From assembly GCF_009914755.1 (NCBI RefSeq), contig NC_060925.1: a stretch of 64,000 bases of DNA, one strand, 5' to 3'. The stretch comes from the human T2T-CHM13v2.0 reference genome, Homo sapiens. Positions 60,299 through 64,000 of the stretch are shown in pieces. The position numbers and the translations under genes are program-made. The notes under the pieces are model-generated. The model was not told where the DNA came from. It searched no databases and saw nothing but the letters and a program-made list of their open reading frames with translations. Numbering within the stretch: the first letter of the stretch is position 1; the number at the start of each line of letters is the position of its first letter.

Positions 60299-61063
60299 CT
60301 AGACTGACTGACTTTTCATCAGTATTTTGAAGATATTTTTGTTTTCTTCTGGTACCTCTTATTTTCAATAATTTTCATTCTTTTGTAGATAAGCTGTCTT
60401 ATCTCTGATGACTTGTATAATTTTCTCATTGTCCTTATTCATTTTTGGCTTTCCTTGGATAAGTATGGTATGAATATATTCTTTTAAAATTTTTTGTATT
60501 GCTCTGTACTTAGAACTTCCTATTAAAATACTGATGGCTTCCTTAATGTGTAGAAAAATTTCTCAGCCACTGTCTGCCCAAGTATTACTTCACTTTTCTC
60601 TTTTTTCCTGAAACTCCTTTTAGATGTACATTGGTCTAATCCCTGTTAGCCCCTTAATCTAATCCCCATGTCTCTAACATCTCTTTCATGTGTTTAAAAT
60701 CACCTTCCACCTTTTGCTATTATCTTCATGCATTCCTCAACATTATCTTCTAATTCATTCATTCTCTCTTGACTCTGTTAATTCTAATGTTTATGTTATC
60801 AATGCAGTAAATCATAATAATTCTTGTTTCCAAGATATCTAATGTTTTTATCATATTCATTTTCCCTCTAATTTCTTATTCTTGTTTTGGATATTTATCT
60901 TCCTTTTATGTCATTGATATTTGTAAAAATATATTAAAGTCCTTTTCAGCTGTTGTTTCATCTGAAATGAATTCATCTTCCACTCAGTGATTTTATAAGT
61001 TGTCCTTCAGAGTCACTAGTTTCCTATGTGGTGTTAGAATGATGATTTTTATAAAGGTGTCAA

Positions 61064-61147
61064 GTTCACAGTTACAGATTGAACTGCTCGTTCTATTCTT
61101 TACCCCCTTCTCACTACTGCACTTGACTAGTCTTTAAAAAAAAAAAA
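61064..61147 (+). pseudogene. 5'-truncated Y1 RNA (RNY1) processed pseudogene with poly(A) tail
   Basis: gttcacagttacagattgaactgctcgttctattctttacccccttctcactactgcacttgactagtcttt matches the 3' two-thirds of human Y1 RNA (...CCCCTTCTCACTACTGCACTTGACTAGTCTTT) and is followed by A12. Confidence 0.92.
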
Positions 61148-61295
61148 GTCAGGAAATTATGGCCTATGGGCTAAACCTGTCCTCTTTTGTAAATAAAATT
61201 CAGTTGGAACACAGCCACGCCCAATCATATACACATTAGCTATGACTGTGTTTGTGTTACAACTGCAGAGTTGAAGAATTGTGATAGAGACCTTC
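61148..61295 (+). mobile_element. MER58A fragment (hAT-Charlie)
   Basis: tttgtaaataaaattcagttggaacacagccacgccc...gcagagttgaagaattgtgatagagacc. Confidence 0.85.
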
Positions 61296-62889
61296 TATCA
61301 GTGAATGTGTCCCTCCCTGACTCCCTTCTTCTGACCCCCAAAATCATTCACTGTCTTTTGATTTTTTTTCAATTGCTTTAACTTGGCCTGCCTTTGGTAC
61401 CCAAGTCACAATCAAAGCTTCTAGCAGCAGCATAGAGCTCCTGCCCTGTGGGCATATTAGGTTTATTGTAGATCCAGTCTCCACACTAGTGAATGACTTG
61501 GCTGGGGTCTGGGCTGGGAAGCTGTGGCTACTTACTCTTGCTGCCCCAGGCATAGAGTTGCATGTGGGCTACAGCCCTAGGAAGCAGTGAATTGTAGGTG
61601 TTTTCATCCTCTTTGCATGAGTTTGGGAGACCAGTTACCACTCTGGGTTTCCAGTAGAGAGACTGGTTCCTTTCCCTCCTGTCTGTTCTCTCCCATCCCC
61701 AGTCCTCACATAAGCCAAGATCTTTATCTATTCCTCCACGATCATAGTTCGATGACTTCTACTTCCGCCCTGTTTATTAACTTTGGCTTCTCTACTATTT
61801 CTGGTCCAAGGAGATATTTACATTTTTTAAAAGCATACTATGTCTGCTTAGTTTCCTCTTTATATGTTACCGTTCACTGCTCTGTGTTTTCAACAGAGGG
61901 AAAGCTCAGGCTATAAATTGATTATAAGTTCTGTTTGACTGGAATTCTGTATTCACTTTTATATCTTACGTTTTTCCTCACTGAAAATTATAGCAGAAAC
62001 ATTTTTCCATACTATTTCATATACTTCAAAAACTGCTTAGGATGGTTTCATAATTCGTCTCATGAATGTGCTGTAGTTTAGTGAGTAATTTGATTCTTGT
62101 AGGAAATTAGACTCCTCCCAGTTTTCACTGCTCTTAAGTATATCATGTTGAGCATTCTTATTTATAGCCCTTTTAAAAGTTGTATCTCTGGTTGTTTCCA
62201 TAATATAGATTCAGATTTATAATTACTGGATCAAAGGTAATGAACATTTTTTCAAGTTCTCGATATTACCAAATGTTATAAAAATACTTTCTAGAGGAAA
62301 ACTGATGAATTTTATGGGTGAGTTGTTTCTTAAAGTAAAACAGAATAATAAAATTTATGAAATTTAGATTAGTAAAGAATCTTAGAGACATTGTGGTCTC
62401 ATACCTTAATCATTTAACAAATGTTTATTAAATTAACAGAAAATAAAAAGTAGATTCTTTCCTCATAGCTCATAGACTAAAAAGAGGACTGTTGATGATA
62501 TGAATAACCACTATACAGTATACAATTTTTTTTCATTATATGGAAACACAGAAGTAGTAGTTATTAGGTATACTTGGAAAATTATATTTAAATTGGACTT
62601 CGAAAGATCTGTAAAATTCTCCCAAGAGGAAAAAAAAAATAGTATTTCAAGCATGGGAAAGAGCATGAGCAAAGTTACCTATCCTGTGACCATTTGGACT
62701 TTGATTATTTACTGGTTCCTGATCCCAGAAGTCTCTCAATTCATATCAGGTATATATCTAACAGATATAAAATATTCAAACCTGAGATGGGGCTCATTGC
62801 AGTGGAATTCACAACCAGGGTGAAGACTGTGCGCATATGTGGTTTGAAAAAGCCTCCCAGCCAGTAATTCTGATATGTCTTTCAAAGTA

Positions 62890-63085
62890 GCTTGCTATGA
62901 CTACTCTGTGTCACTGTTTTACATGCATTAGCTCATTTAATCCCTATGCCATAGATAGGATCATTAATCCTCTCTTTAGTGATTGCATAACTGCAAGTTA
63001 GAGATAGTAAATGCTCTACAAAAAGTCACATAGTGCAAGCTGAGGCTGGATCTGGGCCTGAGGAAGCTGATCCAGAGCTCACCCT
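62890..63085 (-). mobile_element. MIR SINE
   Basis: ttttacatgcattagctcatttaatccc..., aagtcacatagtgcaag. Confidence 0.65.
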
Positions 63086-63129
63086 TTTAACCCCAACACA
63101 AACACCGCCTCCTTTTGGGGTTCACTGCG

Positions 63130-63870
63130 CAGAACCCTTCAGGGAAGGTTGATAAGCCGAACATACAGATATAATTGCACTGAAGTATAGTAACAACCGT
63201 GATAAAATAGGAGCAGGGAGCAGAGTGGAAAGTGAGCCTGATTCTATCTAATTGGTTAGAACAGGCTTGAGTTAGGTAGTACCATGAGAACTGAGCCATG
63301 AATATAAATACTTTACCAGGTGAACAAATTTATGCAAGAAAATTTGAATAGATGAGCCACCAAGTTCAATGAGATGAAATTAATGCATCTTGGAATTTGC
63401 AGCAATCTGACATGATTCAAATACTGGCTGAGTACAGAGAAGTAGAAAGCAATAAAGACATAGACGTACGTAGTGAGCAGATCAATCTCACATAGACAGG
63501 CAGGAAGATTCTGAGTGGACAAGGGGTGTGTGTTTGATTGGGTCGGCGGGGAGTATTTGGAAGGAAATGGAGGAGGAGAGAGAGAGGCATTTCAGGTAGA
63601 GGAAATGTCCCAATGCCCCAGCATTCTTAGAACACAGTGACCATGAGATGATAGAAAATGTTTTCTGATTATAGAAACTCAACAAACTTCTATACTTTAT
63701 AAGGAATTTTCATTTTACTCTAAATGCAATATCCAGCCATTGAAATAGTCTATTCAGGGAAATGGAGTGACATGATTTATGTCTTGAAAGTACTGCTCTG
63801 GCAAGAGGAGAATTTGTGAGACCAGTTTGGAAACAATTGTGATTTTGACAAAGGAGGGAGACAGAGGAGC
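63130..63870 (-). mobile_element. L2 fragments
   Basis: ggcatttcaggtagaggaaa..., aatggagtgacatgatttatgtcttgaaag. Confidence 0.55.
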
Positions 63871-64000
63871 TGGGAAGAGCTAAACAAATCTTTCTATTTT
63901 TAGGGACAGTCAGTGTTCTAGATAGTAACTGTTTAGAATTTTCTGTAATCTATGTATAAATGCTTCTTAATAAAATTGTGTCATTCCATGATTTCCTTCA

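Overview
Primate, most likely human, AT-rich genomic DNA lying wholly inside the formin-2 gene (FMN2, + strand). Six internal coding exons (62, 92, 130, 147, 60 and 121 nt; exons 8-13 by my recollection of RefSeq numbering) have canonical AG/GT boundaries. They splice into one open frame encoding the core of the FH2 domain, including the GNYMN motif. The rest is intron, filled with Alus, old L1/L2/MIR fragments, MLT1 and LTR41-like solo LTRs, hAT and Tigger DNA-transposon fossils, and a 5'-truncated Y1 RNA retrocopy. Most notable: the six exons total 612 nt (204 codons) and are bracketed by phase-1 introns containing inverted Alus. Back-splicing them would give a circular RNA with a stop-free, endless FH2 reading frame. 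Second: a ~195-bp intronic segment is duplicated 0.6 kb apart, and both copies keep a perfect NF-kB site next to an ETS-IRF composite element. Repeat subfamily names are from memory of consensus sequences, and the edges of old repeats are approximate.
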